Assembly (NCBI GenBank): GCA_963664225.1 | Contig: OY760937.1 | Coordinates: forward strand, 800,001-864,000 | DNA from: Verrucomicrobiia bacterium | GTDB lineage: Bacteria > Verrucomicrobiota > Verrucomicrobiia > Limisphaerales > UBA1319 | Reading direction: 5' to 3' | DNA length: 64,000 nucleotides | Shown here: in pieces, positions 1 to 8,829 of the stretch | Position numbering within the stretch: the stretch's first letter is position 1 | Layout of the letters: each line of letters starts with the position of its first letter | The notes under the pieces: model-generated | What the model saw: the letters and a program-made list of their open reading frames with translations, nothing else | Databases searched by the model: none | Told to the model about the DNA's origin: nothing | Program-made: the position numbers and the translations under genes

Positions 1-1148
1 TCGTCGCGTCCCTCGCCCAGGCGATCGAGATCGGCATCAGGCCAACCCATGCGTTGGGCCTGCTGCCGCAATTCGCGCTTGATTTGGCCGCCATCAAACA
101 GAAAAGTGCCGACCCCATCGGGGGACGGCTGTCCCGACCAGAAGGGAAAGTCGGCCAGGGTTGGATTACGGAGAATCTGGGCATCCATGCCGTTGTAGAT
201 GTTATTGCCCAGATGCTCGCAAAACTTGCCGGTGATGAATTTGGGAATGGTGTTGGTTGAGCGTTGCTGAGTGTTGACCACCAGCGAGGCATTGGTTTGG
301 GAATCGGAGGGGCTGACCTTGCGCAGGCTGGTGTTTTGATCCGTTGGATTGTCGGCCTCAGAACCTTCGTATCCCCCGGCTACGTCGTAAACCCTGACGT
401 AATCCACATAACAATAATCCGGCAATGCCGCCTTCTTGATATCGCCGCCCCAGGGGCCGATTTCCTCGGTGAGTTTGAGATATTCGGGCACCTGGGAAAC
501 GCCGCCGGCTGCGGACCGCCACACTTCTTTTCCATCGACGTAAAAAACATATTCCGTCGGGGTCCAATTCAGGGAATAGGTGTGAAAGCCTTCGAGCAAT
601 TCCGGCATTTTCGTTTTTGAACCCGCGCTCTTATGTTCCTTGCCGTAACCATCCCAATGGAGGTTGTAAGTGATCGTGCCGTCGCGCCAGGGCACCTCGA
701 CGATGTCGATTTCCGTGCCATCCCGACCTTCATTTCCGACGGTGTTAACCCCTCCGCACATGAGCCAGAATGCGGGCCAATGCCCGGGTTGTTTGGGCAA
801 TTTTATTCGAGCCACCCAGTATCCAAAGCGATGTTCGAATTTGCCGAGGGTTCTGATCGCCCCGCTGGAATAGCGATCGCCATTTTTGCTGGTGCGCAGG
901 ACACAGAGGCCATGGCCGTCAAGGTAACTGTCCGCCTTGAGCCACCAGGCATCCCGGCGTGGTGAGTCTCCGATGGCCTCCCATTTATTCGTGTCGAGGG
1001 TGGTTCCCTCGAATTCGTCGCTCCAGGCCAGTTTCCATTCCTTGCCCTGGGAGAGCGGGGGCAAATAATCGGTGGATGAATCGATTGCCTGGGCTGCCGG
1101 TGCGGTCAGCAAGGCTCCAAGGAGCAAGGTAAATAATATCGGGCGCAT
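1..1148 (-). CDS. Secreted glycoside hydrolase: GH16 domain followed by a GH51-like N-terminal region (3' end runs off the window)
   Basis: Not in the ORF track because it has no stop in the window. Manual translation from ATG 1148: signal peptide MRPILFTLLLGALLTAPAAQA, WKLAWSDEF, GHWPAFWL, GH16 catalytic EIDIVE, then ITGKFCEHLGNNIYNG. The + strand ORFs 54-965 are its shadow. Confidence 0.85.
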   Translation of the reverse strand, partial: MRPILFTLLLGALLTAPAAQAIDSSTDYLPPLSQGKEWKLAWSDEFEGTTLDTNKWEAIGDSPRRDAWWLKADSYLDGHGLCVLRTSKNGDRYSSGAIRTLGKFEHRFGYWVARIKLPKQPGHWPAFWLMCGGVNTVGNEGRDGTEIDIVEVPWRDGTITYNLHWDGYGKEHKSAGSKTKMPELLEGFHTYSLNWTPTEYVFYVDGKEVWRSAAGGVSQVPEYLKLTEEIGPWGGDIKKAALPDYCYVDYVRVYDVAGGYEGSEADNPTDQNTSLRKVSPSDSQTNASLVVNTQQRSTNTIPKFITGKFCEHLGNNIYNGMDAQILRNPTLADFPFWSGQPSPDGVGTFLFDGGQIKRELRQQAQRMGWPDADLDRLGEGRD

Positions 1149-1643
1149 GGTCGATTTCGTCCAGGGGACATGCCTTGGGACCCAGCATCGTTGAGTTGGG
1201 ACTTGGGGCGGCCTGGATTCAATGATTGAAGTATTACGCCGGTTAAAGAGGTGATGCAAAAATATTCGTCAGGGAGTGTAATCGAGTAGTGCATGACAAG
1301 ACGTCTGGCGAAGAGAATTCTACATGGATATTCAGGATGGACAGGATTTTTAACCACGGAAATGACGGATGGCACGGATAGGGAAATTATTTCCGAGATG
1401 GTATTAAAGGCGGTCGTTCAGAGCGCCGATGGATGGGAAAAGTTTCTGGCTGCCCCTCCCACCAGCTCCCTCCCCGCTCGTGCCTCGCAGGGCGGGAGAG
1501 TGAAATGGCGCGCTCGGATTATTCGGTTGAGTGTGGCCGGTCTCCCCATGCACTTTCGTGGCGTGTAATCAGGTTTTCGAAGATTGGGGCGATGCGCAAT
1601 TTCGATTGTAGGATGATTTTGTCTGGGGCTTACTAGGGCACTC

Positions 1644-2039
1644 ATGGAAGCAATGATTAATTCGCTTTGGTTCAATGGCAATTTTCTGGGGATCGAATGG
1701 AGTGTGTGGAAGATGGTCGGGTGGGCCGGAAACCTGACGTTTTTCTCGCGCTTCATCGTGCAATGGTATGCCACGGAAAAGTCCAAACAGGTGGTTGTGC
1801 CGGTGGCCTTTTGGTGGCTGAGCCTGGGAGGCACGCTGCTGCTGTTTTCATACGCGCTTTTTTATGAGCGGGATTCCGTCTTTATATTTGCGTATGCGTT
1901 TAATTGGATTCCCTATGTGCGCAATCTGATGATTCATAATCGACACATTGCAGCGCAGCATCACTGCACCGTTTGCGGAACGAAATCGTCGGGCAAGGCA
2001 AAATACTGCGCCGAATGCGGCCATCTGTTATCGGAATAA
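1644..2039 (+). CDS. Lipid A biosynthesis N-terminal (LAB_N) domain membrane protein with C-terminal zinc ribbon
   Basis: FFSRFIVQWYATEK..VVPVAFWWLSLGG motif; C-terminal CTVC..CAECG. Confidence 0.8.
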   Translation: MEAMINSLWFNGNFLGIEWSVWKMVGWAGNLTFFSRFIVQWYATEKSKQVVVPVAFWWLSLGGTLLLFSYALFYERDSVFIFAYAFNWIPYVRNLMIHNRHIAAQHHCTVCGTKSSGKAKYCAECGHLLSE

Positions 2040-2075
2040 ATTCGGGGGGAAGCTGGGGGAAAACGGAATAAGAAA

Positions 2076-2101
2076 CCCCGAATCCGGGTTCGGATTCGGG
2101 G
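2076..2101. terminator. Hairpin between convergent genes (possible bidirectional terminator)
   Basis: CCCCGAATCC-gggttc-GGATTCGGGG, perfect 10-bp stem; no clear U-tract. Confidence 0.4.
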
Positions 2102-2138
2102 AGAATGAGATCCAAGGACCGCCTTTAAGAATTGCGTG

Positions 2139-2561
2139 TTATTTGGCGACGGGAGCTTTGGGCGGCATGACAACGCCGGGATTGTTGGTCCAATATTTGG
2201 CCAGGATCACGTTGAAGTCCGGGTTTGCCTTGCCGAAAGCTTTGAGTTTTTCCAGGAAGTCGTTCATCTTGGGAGCGCCGCGGAGCTCGTATTCCTCGAC
2301 CATGGAGTTCATTTCAACCGCCTGTTTGCGCAAGGTCGCGAGCTGCTTCCAGAGGTAAACGTTGACGCTGATATTCAATACCGTGACCATGGCCAATGTG
2401 ACGAATAATTGATATCCAAGAGACCGGTAGCCTTGCTCCAGATTCTTGATGGCAGAGGCTAGATCGGTCTGGTTCGTTTGGTTCTGCTGGCTTTGCTGGC
2501 CCGGCTGGTTCGATTGGTTCTGCGCGGCGTTTTGAGCTGGGGCTGGAGATTCGAAATTCAT
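2139..2561 (-). CDS. Hypothetical single-TM protein
   Basis: ATG 2561 lies directly after the stop of the upstream gene; Q/N-rich linker, one TM helix, then a coiled coil. Confidence 0.65.
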   Translation of the reverse strand: MNFESPAPAQNAAQNQSNQPGQQSQQNQTNQTDLASAIKNLEQGYRSLGYQLFVTLAMVTVLNISVNVYLWKQLATLRKQAVEMNSMVEEYELRGAPKMNDFLEKLKAFGKANPDFNVILAKYWTNNPGVVMPPKAPVAK

Positions 2562-2562
2562 A

Positions 2563-2844
2563 TTAGCGCTTTCCTGTGGGTTGGGCGGGTGCGGCTGTGT
2601 GTGTGGGCTTGAGTCCAATGCTTTGAAGCACGGGTTCGACAGCGGGGTTTCGCTTTGAATACTCCAAGGTATCGTTGACCAGAGAATTAAAGACATTCAA
2701 TTCGCGGTTCATGGCAGCCCGCTGGACCTGCAATGTTTGCAGGGTGCGTATGGACTGCACGTAATTATAAGTCATTAGCGCGGTGAATGCCGCGTTAACA
2801 AAGAGAACCGCCAATAGCAGGCTGGTTATCGGATTGCTTTTCAT
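2563..2844 (-). CDS. Hypothetical membrane-anchored protein
   Basis: N-terminal hydrophobic helix plus coiled coil; architecture like the downstream gene. Confidence 0.65.
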   Translation of the reverse strand: MKSNPITSLLLAVLFVNAAFTALMTYNYVQSIRTLQTLQVQRAAMNRELNVFNSLVNDTLEYSKRNPAVEPVLQSIGLKPTHTAAPAQPTGKR

Positions 2845-2900
2845 CAGGAAGCGAACCCTAACGGCTGGAGGAAATTTGTCGAGTTGGATGTTTCCGGGAC

Positions 2901-3608
2901 CTAATTCCGGGTTTTTAAGGCTCTCGCGGCGTTGGGACTTTCCGAGAGGATGATGGCGGGTGGGTGGAAGAGGAATCGGGCATAGCCGTATGCAATGAAT
3001 TCGCTCAGGACGTCACGGACGCCCGCGCTGCGGAGGTACCAATTGTCCCCATTATAATCCTCTGAATCTTTCGAGAGAATGCCCACTTTTATTTGCGGGC
3101 CGAGGGCCTTTTCAAACAGCAACCGGGTTCTGCGCGCGTGCGCTCCGCCGGATATTATGTTGATGGAGGCAGTTTGCGGCCGGTTTTTTTGAAGCCATTG
3201 TTTTAATGCGAGTCCGCTTTGGTAGGTGCGGTCCGTCATCACCTGATAACCTGGGGCGGCAAAAACGACGTTCTCAGGAAGGCCCATTTTCTTAAGACTC
3301 CGCGCGGCAATCTCGGCAAAGGTCTTGTATTCCAACAAGTAAGAGCCGTGGTCCACCGGCACGCCGACGGTAACGACGCATTGGTATCTGTTTTGATGGA
3401 ATTCCTGGATGCTTTGTTTCAAGACATCGTCGGACGCCCAGCCTTCGACGACGAGAACGTCGCTTGGGACGGGGGCGCGCAGGGCCAGAAAACCGTGGAG
3501 GTGCGAAAAGCAAAACCAACCGAAAAGCAGGAGCGTCGAAAAGATGAGTGCGCAGCCAGGTCCGGTGGGGACCCAAAGGGTGCGCTGGTGAAATAGCTTA
3601 AGTTTCAT
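2901..3608 (-). CDS. YdcF/DUF218 (ElyC/SanA-like) family protein
   Basis: N-terminal TM, DVLVVEGW, T..S motif, HARRT, EFIAY; start taken at MKLKL. Confidence 0.8.
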   Translation of the reverse strand: MKLKLFHQRTLWVPTGPGCALIFSTLLLFGWFCFSHLHGFLALRAPVPSDVLVVEGWASDDVLKQSIQEFHQNRYQCVVTVGVPVDHGSYLLEYKTFAEIAARSLKKMGLPENVVFAAPGYQVMTDRTYQSGLALKQWLQKNRPQTASINIISGGAHARRTRLLFEKALGPQIKVGILSKDSEDYNGDNWYLRSAGVRDVLSEFIAYGYARFLFHPPAIILSESPNAARALKTRN

Positions 3609-3711
3609 GGCAAACTGCAACGCGGCGCATACGACTTGCCGCAATTAAGATTGCGCCGGTGACTGGGTTGAATGTCCGGAAAACCATTTGGTCATGCCAG
3701 CTTTATTTAAA

Positions 3712-3873
3712 CCCGAAGTCGGAAATAGGAACGGCCCATCTGACGCAATCATTCGGCCATCCATGGTTTGAAACCGGCTGTGGAGTATTGATTTGATACA
3801 CCCTCGCCGATTGCAAATCATGGCTGCCTCAAAGCATTGCATCATCCAAGCCCTTCTTATTTCGGATTTCGGG
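3712..3873. mobile_element. 162-bp MITE with IS1380-type inverted repeats (copy 1)
   Basis: Ends CCCGAAGTCGGAAATAG / CTTATTTCGGATTTCGGG; 5-bp TSD TTAAA (3707-3711; right copy = 3874 + 5850-5853, split by the intron); second copy at 28002-31675. Confidence 0.85.
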
Positions 3874-3874
3874 T

Positions 3875-5849
3875 GTGCGCCAGTGAAATTGGTAGCCTCG
3901 TGGGTGAAAGTCCCGCCGGTCGAATTAGACGGTTCACGACCGAAATGCAGCGTCCGGGACGAGGCCGTGAGGCCGAACCACAAGCGGGACGCTGAAAGAA
4001 CTGTCGGGTCGTAACGAAAGTAAACCTCATCAAATGAGCTCCGAAACCGAAATAACCGGTAAGCCGAGCCGCTACCCGAACGGCGAAGGCAGAAACGCGG
4101 CGTCATCAAATCGTCAAATGGGCGCTGTTGATTCCGGCGGAGTCAGCGAGGGCGACACGACAGGAAGGGAAACCAAGGTAAGCTGGGAGATCTCTGGAGG
4201 CGGGGCGATAAAGCCTCAACCGCCGGTGCAAGGAGGAACACCCTCCGAGGCCGCACGGGCAGCCAGAGAAGTCGGAGTCTTCCATAGTAGCGAAGAAGCT
4301 GGGGCGACCAAAACCCCGGCGGAGCCAAGGGAAGGCACTTGGATCGAAGCGAATCAAAACAGCGAGGGACAGGGAGATGGCCTTGAGGGAGTGGAAACAC
4401 TTTTTCAACGGATAACAACCCCGATAAAAGTTCAAAAGCTGCAGCGAGCGCTATATTGCAAAGCCAAGGCTGAGCCGAAGTATCGGTTTTACAGCCTCTA
4501 CGGAGAACTGCTGCGGAAGGACGTGCTGGAAACGGCAATGGCCTCCGTGGCGCACAACAATGGCGCGGCTGGGATCGACGGGCAGACATGCGACGTCTAT
4601 CTTGCCAGCGACGAAGCCTGGGACCAATGGCGGAACCAACTGCTGGAGGAGTTACGCACGAAGAAGTATCGGCCAAGCCCGGTGAAGCGTGTGTATATAC
4701 CAAAAGGAGACGGGAAGCTGCGACCCCTGGGCATCCCGACAGTGAAAGACCGGGTGGTGCAGACAGCGGTGGTGATTGTATTGCTGCCGATTCTGGAAGC
4801 CGATAGTCATCCGAACAGTTACGCCTATCATCCCAAACGCAATGCCCACCAAGCAATGGAGGCGATCAAGAAGGCTACGCTGACAGGACGCGTCGAAGTT
4901 ATAGACGCGGACTTAAGCGGGTATTTTGACAGCATTCCCCACAGGCGTTTGTTGCGCATAGTGGCCAAGCGGGTCAGCGATGGAACAATTCTCAAGCTGA
5001 TCGCAGGATGGCTGCGCGCGCCCGTGAATGAACCGCAAAGCGACACAGGGAAAGGCGGGACAAAGGGGGGGCAAGGTCAGAATCGACGGGGGACTCCGCA
5101 AGGCGGGGTTGTATCGCCGATTTTAGCCAATGCATACCTCAACCAGTTGGATTGGGAAGTCAACGAACGCTGCGAACTCAAACCCGTGATGGTGAGATAC
5201 GCGGATGATTTCGTGATACTCGGACAGCCGGGGCAGGGACGGGAACTGATGGAACGACTGGAACGATGGCTGAAGCAACGCGAGTTAGTGCTCAACGAGA
5301 AGAAGACCCGCTTGGTGGACCTCCGCCAGGATGGCATCAAATTCTTGGGATTCGCGCTAACAATGCGACAGGGGAAGGGGAAATGGAAATATCCGCATGT
5401 GGAACCCCATCCCAAGAGCCAGAAGAAGTTTCGAGACGGGATTCGGGAGAAACTCAACCGAAGCACGCTATGGCGTGATATCGGAGAGGTGATTCCCGAG
5501 CTCAACAAGAAACTCAAAGGTTGGAAGGGTTACTTTCACTACGGGAACAGCACCAAGGTGATGGGCCAGATGAACGAATACGTCAGCAGCAAGTTACAAC
5601 GATGGTTGTGGCGCAAACACGGATGTAGTCGGGCGCAATGGTCCACATACCCCAAGGAGGATCTCTATGAGCGTTATGGTTTATACCAAATGCCGGAATA
5701 TGCGGCATGGAAACGATGACGTCGAAGCGATGCAACGTATGATCCCCGGAGAGCCGGATGCGGGAAAACCGCCTGTCCGGTTCGATGAGGGGCGAAATGC
5801 GACGGTCATTGGCCACGGCCATTCAATCCGTCCATTTCGCCTACTCTAC
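3875..5849 (+). mobile_element. Group II intron, copy 1 (1975 nt)
   Basis: 5' GTGCG; domain V GAGCCGGATGCGGGAAAACCGCCTGTCCGGTTC (5751-5783); domain VI ending CTACTCTAC; boundaries confirmed by divergence from copy 2. Confidence 0.95.
4391..5719 (+). CDS. ltrA: Group II intron reverse transcriptase/maturase, no endonuclease domain
   Basis: RPLGIPTVKDR, DADLSGYFDSIPH, GTPQGGVVSP, RYADDF, FLGF, maturase GWKGYF. Start uncertain: GTG 4391 chosen because ATG 4034 lies in ribozyme domain I. Confidence 0.9.
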   Translation: METLFQRITTPIKVQKLQRALYCKAKAEPKYRFYSLYGELLRKDVLETAMASVAHNNGAAGIDGQTCDVYLASDEAWDQWRNQLLEELRTKKYRPSPVKRVYIPKGDGKLRPLGIPTVKDRVVQTAVVIVLLPILEADSHPNSYAYHPKRNAHQAMEAIKKATLTGRVEVIDADLSGYFDSIPHRRLLRIVAKRVSDGTILKLIAGWLRAPVNEPQSDTGKGGTKGGQGQNRRGTPQGGVVSPILANAYLNQLDWEVNERCELKPVMVRYADDFVILGQPGQGRELMERLERWLKQRELVLNEKKTRLVDLRQDGIKFLGFALTMRQGKGKWKYPHVEPHPKSQKKFRDGIREKLNRSTLWRDIGEVIPELNKKLKGWKGYFHYGNSTKVMGQMNEYVSSKLQRWLWRKHGCSRAQWSTYPKEDLYERYGLYQMPEYAAWKR

Positions 5850-5887
5850 TAAAAACGTTTTGCGGTGCATGGCTGTTCATTCGTAGG

Positions 5888-7111
5888 ATGCCCGGAATGT
5901 CGGGTCGCAATAACACAGAATTGACCTATTTGTATGAGCGGTGGCGGGCGGTAACGGCCGGAATCATTGAGACGGCCGGGGCTACTTTTCTATTGTTGAT
6001 CGCGGTGAAGTGGTTCAAGGCGGAAGCGTTTTCGAAGGGATTGGTGGCTGGGGGCGGCAGCATCGGTTTGCTGTTGACGCCGTGGCTTGTGGTTTTTGTG
6101 GCGCGATCGGGTTTGCCGGCGGCCCGGGTTGCCGGTCACCTGTCGATGCTCGGGGGGCTGGTTTTGCTGGTCATGGCGGTTGCGCCTTCATTGCCGGTGT
6201 TTGTCATGGGGAGCGTTCTTTCAATGGCGACAGCGGCGATGGCTGTGCCGCTGATGACCCAGATTTATCAGGAGAATTACCCGTCGGCGATTCGCGGGCG
6301 GTTGTTTTCGCGCACCATCATGATCCGGATTGCGGCTGCGGCACTGTTTAGCGATCTGGCCGGACGGTTCCTATCGGGAGGGCGGCTGCACTTATTCCAG
6401 TGGCTGCTGGTTTTTTTCGCCTGCGCTTTTATCTTCGCGGCGTTTTGTCTGTATCGCTGCCCGTCGCGTCCGCTGACTGTGGCGGGGGGCACACATCTTT
6501 TGCGGGCGTGGAGTTGTCTGCGGGAGGATCGGGTGTTTTTCAGGACTTTGATTTGCTGGATGCTGATGGGTTTTGCCAATTTGATGATGTTTCCGATGCG
6601 TGTGGAATACCTGGCGAATCCCAAATATGGGTTGGCTTTGAGCATCGCGATGATCGCCCTTTACACGGGTGTCATTCCCAATCTGGCCCGTCTCGTCCTG
6701 AGCCCGGTGTGGGGCTGGCTGTTCGACCACATGAATTTTTTCATGCTGCGGGTGGTTCTGAATATGGGGTTCGCACTGGGGATTTTGACGTTCTTCATGA
6801 GCACGAGCGCCACGGGGCTGGTGTTGGGGGCACTGGTGTTTGGGATTTCGAACGCGGGAGGGGATGTGGCCTGGAATCTATGGGTGACGAAGTTTGCGCC
6901 GCCGGATCGGGTGGCCGATTATATGTCGGTACACACTTTTTTTACGGGTGTTCGAGGCATGCTGGCGCCGCTGGTCGCTTTCCATTTGTTAAATGGGATG
7001 ACCATGGGGCAGTTGGGAATTCTGAGCACGGGGTTGATTGTAGCGGCTTCGATGATGCTGCTGCCGGAAATCCGGTTAAGCATTGCTCAAAAGCTTCATG
7101 CGAGGGGTTGA
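5888..7111 (+). CDS. MFS transporter
   Basis: About 12 hydrophobic helices; YPSAIRGR and WGWLFDH loop motifs; start may be ATG 5897. Confidence 0.85.
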   Translation: MPGMSGRNNTELTYLYERWRAVTAGIIETAGATFLLLIAVKWFKAEAFSKGLVAGGGSIGLLLTPWLVVFVARSGLPAARVAGHLSMLGGLVLLVMAVAPSLPVFVMGSVLSMATAAMAVPLMTQIYQENYPSAIRGRLFSRTIMIRIAAAALFSDLAGRFLSGGRLHLFQWLLVFFACAFIFAAFCLYRCPSRPLTVAGGTHLLRAWSCLREDRVFFRTLICWMLMGFANLMMFPMRVEYLANPKYGLALSIAMIALYTGVIPNLARLVLSPVWGWLFDHMNFFMLRVVLNMGFALGILTFFMSTSATGLVLGALVFGISNAGGDVAWNLWVTKFAPPDRVADYMSVHTFFTGVRGMLAPLVAFHLLNGMTMGQLGILSTGLIVAASMMLLPEIRLSIAQKLHARG

Positions 7112-7156
7112 TTGCGGGGAGCTTCTGCGTTGTCGTGCTGCCGGCTCTTGAAGCGA

Positions 7157-8692
7157 TTATGGTTTGGCTCGTGGCGGTTGGCCGGATTTTCCTGGCGGAA
7201 TGACACGGTTGCTCCGGGATAAGATGAAATTTACGGTGGAAACCGTCCCACGTTTGATCGACACCATGGTTGCGGATTCCATTCTGTTCCATGCGGTCAC
7301 TTTGAGCTGGTAATCCCCAGGGGGCAGATTGACCGCGCCAAAGAATCCCGTGGCATCGCTTTCCAGCATTTTCGTAACCGGACCAGTCAGGGTGACCGCC
7401 GCGCGATCCAATCCGGATTTTAGGAATCCATCCACCACGAAGCCTTTAAGGTGGCCGTTCCGGGGCATTTCCTTCCACGGCATGGCGGGGATGGAGGCGT
7501 CCGTTTCAAATAAAGGCCCGCCTTTGATTTCGCCATCCGCCGGTAAGGTTTGGGATTGGGTCATGGATGTCAGATAATCATTGAGACCACCATTGGCGGA
7601 CATGGCCGCGTAGGAATAGCAGCCAAACCCGTCGAGCCGGTTTCCAAGGCTATTGGTTCCATGGACACCTTGAAGTTGGACCAGATTATTGGATGGCGAG
7701 TTCAAGTAGAACCCCAAGCCAATCACGGCTTGATGGTCGTAACGGTGATCGACGATGAAATTCTGCCATCGGGCGATATCGTTACCGTTGGTTTGCTGGC
7801 GAAAATAGGCCATGGGAATGTTGATGTCCAGGATGCCTTCCTGCATCCATGCGCGCCAATCCTGCAAGACTGATGAGAAGGGGCGGGATTGAGGCCATTG
7901 ATCGTCTTTTTCAATGGATGGCAGCCCGGTGAAAGTTGCGGCCGATATTTTGAGTTTTGGTTTGATGGCCATTGAGGAGAGGTAAATTTTGCGGACCAGA
8001 TCGGTGACCTGATTTCTTCGAAATTGGAGCCATAGGAGATCGTTGGTGGCGGGCAGGCCGGCACGGCCATGCTGCACGTTAAACCGTTTGACGGACAACG
8101 GGTTGTAGCCCCAGTCATTTCCAGGATAGCGGATATGGTCGAGATGGAGGCCGTCGATGTCGTAACGGGACACCAAATCCATGGCTACATTGAAGAGGTG
8201 CCGCTGCACTCCGGGATGGCCAGGGTCAAATTGGCAGGCGTCCTCGCAGGCCTCGCTTCCCTGACGGTTGCGGGTCAGCCATTCGGGATGTCTTGAGAAC
8301 GGGTGATTGGGTTGTGTTGGTTTGGTGTTTGTTAAATTCCAAACCGGGTACATGACGGTCCAGGCGTGAATTTCCAATCGCGGGATGCCGGAATGCGCCT
8401 GGGAGATGATTTCAGCCAATGGATCGAAATCTGGAGGCAGATCGTCGGCCTGGGGTTCAAGGCGGCTTTGATAATAGGCATCGCCGCGCTTGCGGACTTG
8501 GATGAAGAGGGTGTTGAAGTGAGCGGCGCGGGCGTCCTGAAGGAGTTGCGTTATCTGGGCGGAAGATTTGAAGCCCGGGTGGAAGGCATCGACCCAAAGA
8601 GCGCGGACTTCGGCGGTTTGTGCCGCCAAATCGAGTTGAAAAAGGACAAGCGCAGGAAACAGCAGAATAAGGATTTTATGTTTGGTCCACAT
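7157..8692 (-). CDS. Secreted GHL10 (DUF187) glycoside hydrolase-like protein with C-terminal carboxypeptidase-regulatory-like domain
   Basis: Signal peptide; EVRALWV, QVRKRGDAYY, FDPL, IHAW, DPGHP, YDIDGLHLDHIRYP. Confidence 0.85.
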   Translation of the reverse strand: MWTKHKILILLFPALVLFQLDLAAQTAEVRALWVDAFHPGFKSSAQITQLLQDARAAHFNTLFIQVRKRGDAYYQSRLEPQADDLPPDFDPLAEIISQAHSGIPRLEIHAWTVMYPVWNLTNTKPTQPNHPFSRHPEWLTRNRQGSEACEDACQFDPGHPGVQRHLFNVAMDLVSRYDIDGLHLDHIRYPGNDWGYNPLSVKRFNVQHGRAGLPATNDLLWLQFRRNQVTDLVRKIYLSSMAIKPKLKISAATFTGLPSIEKDDQWPQSRPFSSVLQDWRAWMQEGILDINIPMAYFRQQTNGNDIARWQNFIVDHRYDHQAVIGLGFYLNSPSNNLVQLQGVHGTNSLGNRLDGFGCYSYAAMSANGGLNDYLTSMTQSQTLPADGEIKGGPLFETDASIPAMPWKEMPRNGHLKGFVVDGFLKSGLDRAAVTLTGPVTKMLESDATGFFGAVNLPPGDYQLKVTAWNRMESATMVSIKRGTVSTVNFILSRSNRVIPPGKSGQPPRAKP

Positions 8693-8829
8693 GAGGCCGG
8701 TCAGGATTGCTGAAGTTTATTGTTTGCGGCACAGCAAGCAAGACTTCCATGTGTTTTTTCTTTTAGTTCGGCCCGGTTGTATTTAGACTTCATAAACATT
8801 CAGAACTGTCGATATATAGCTAATACGTT

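Noticed and set aside
4034..4390. N-terminal 119 aa of the listed RT ORF
   Set aside because: Overlaps structured ribozyme sequence including the EBS1 candidate and looks non-protein-like; probably not translated.
4034..5719. RT as retron, DGR or defence RT
   Set aside because: It has a maturase domain and lies within complete group II intron ends (GTGCG, DV, DVI); no TR/VR pair was seen.
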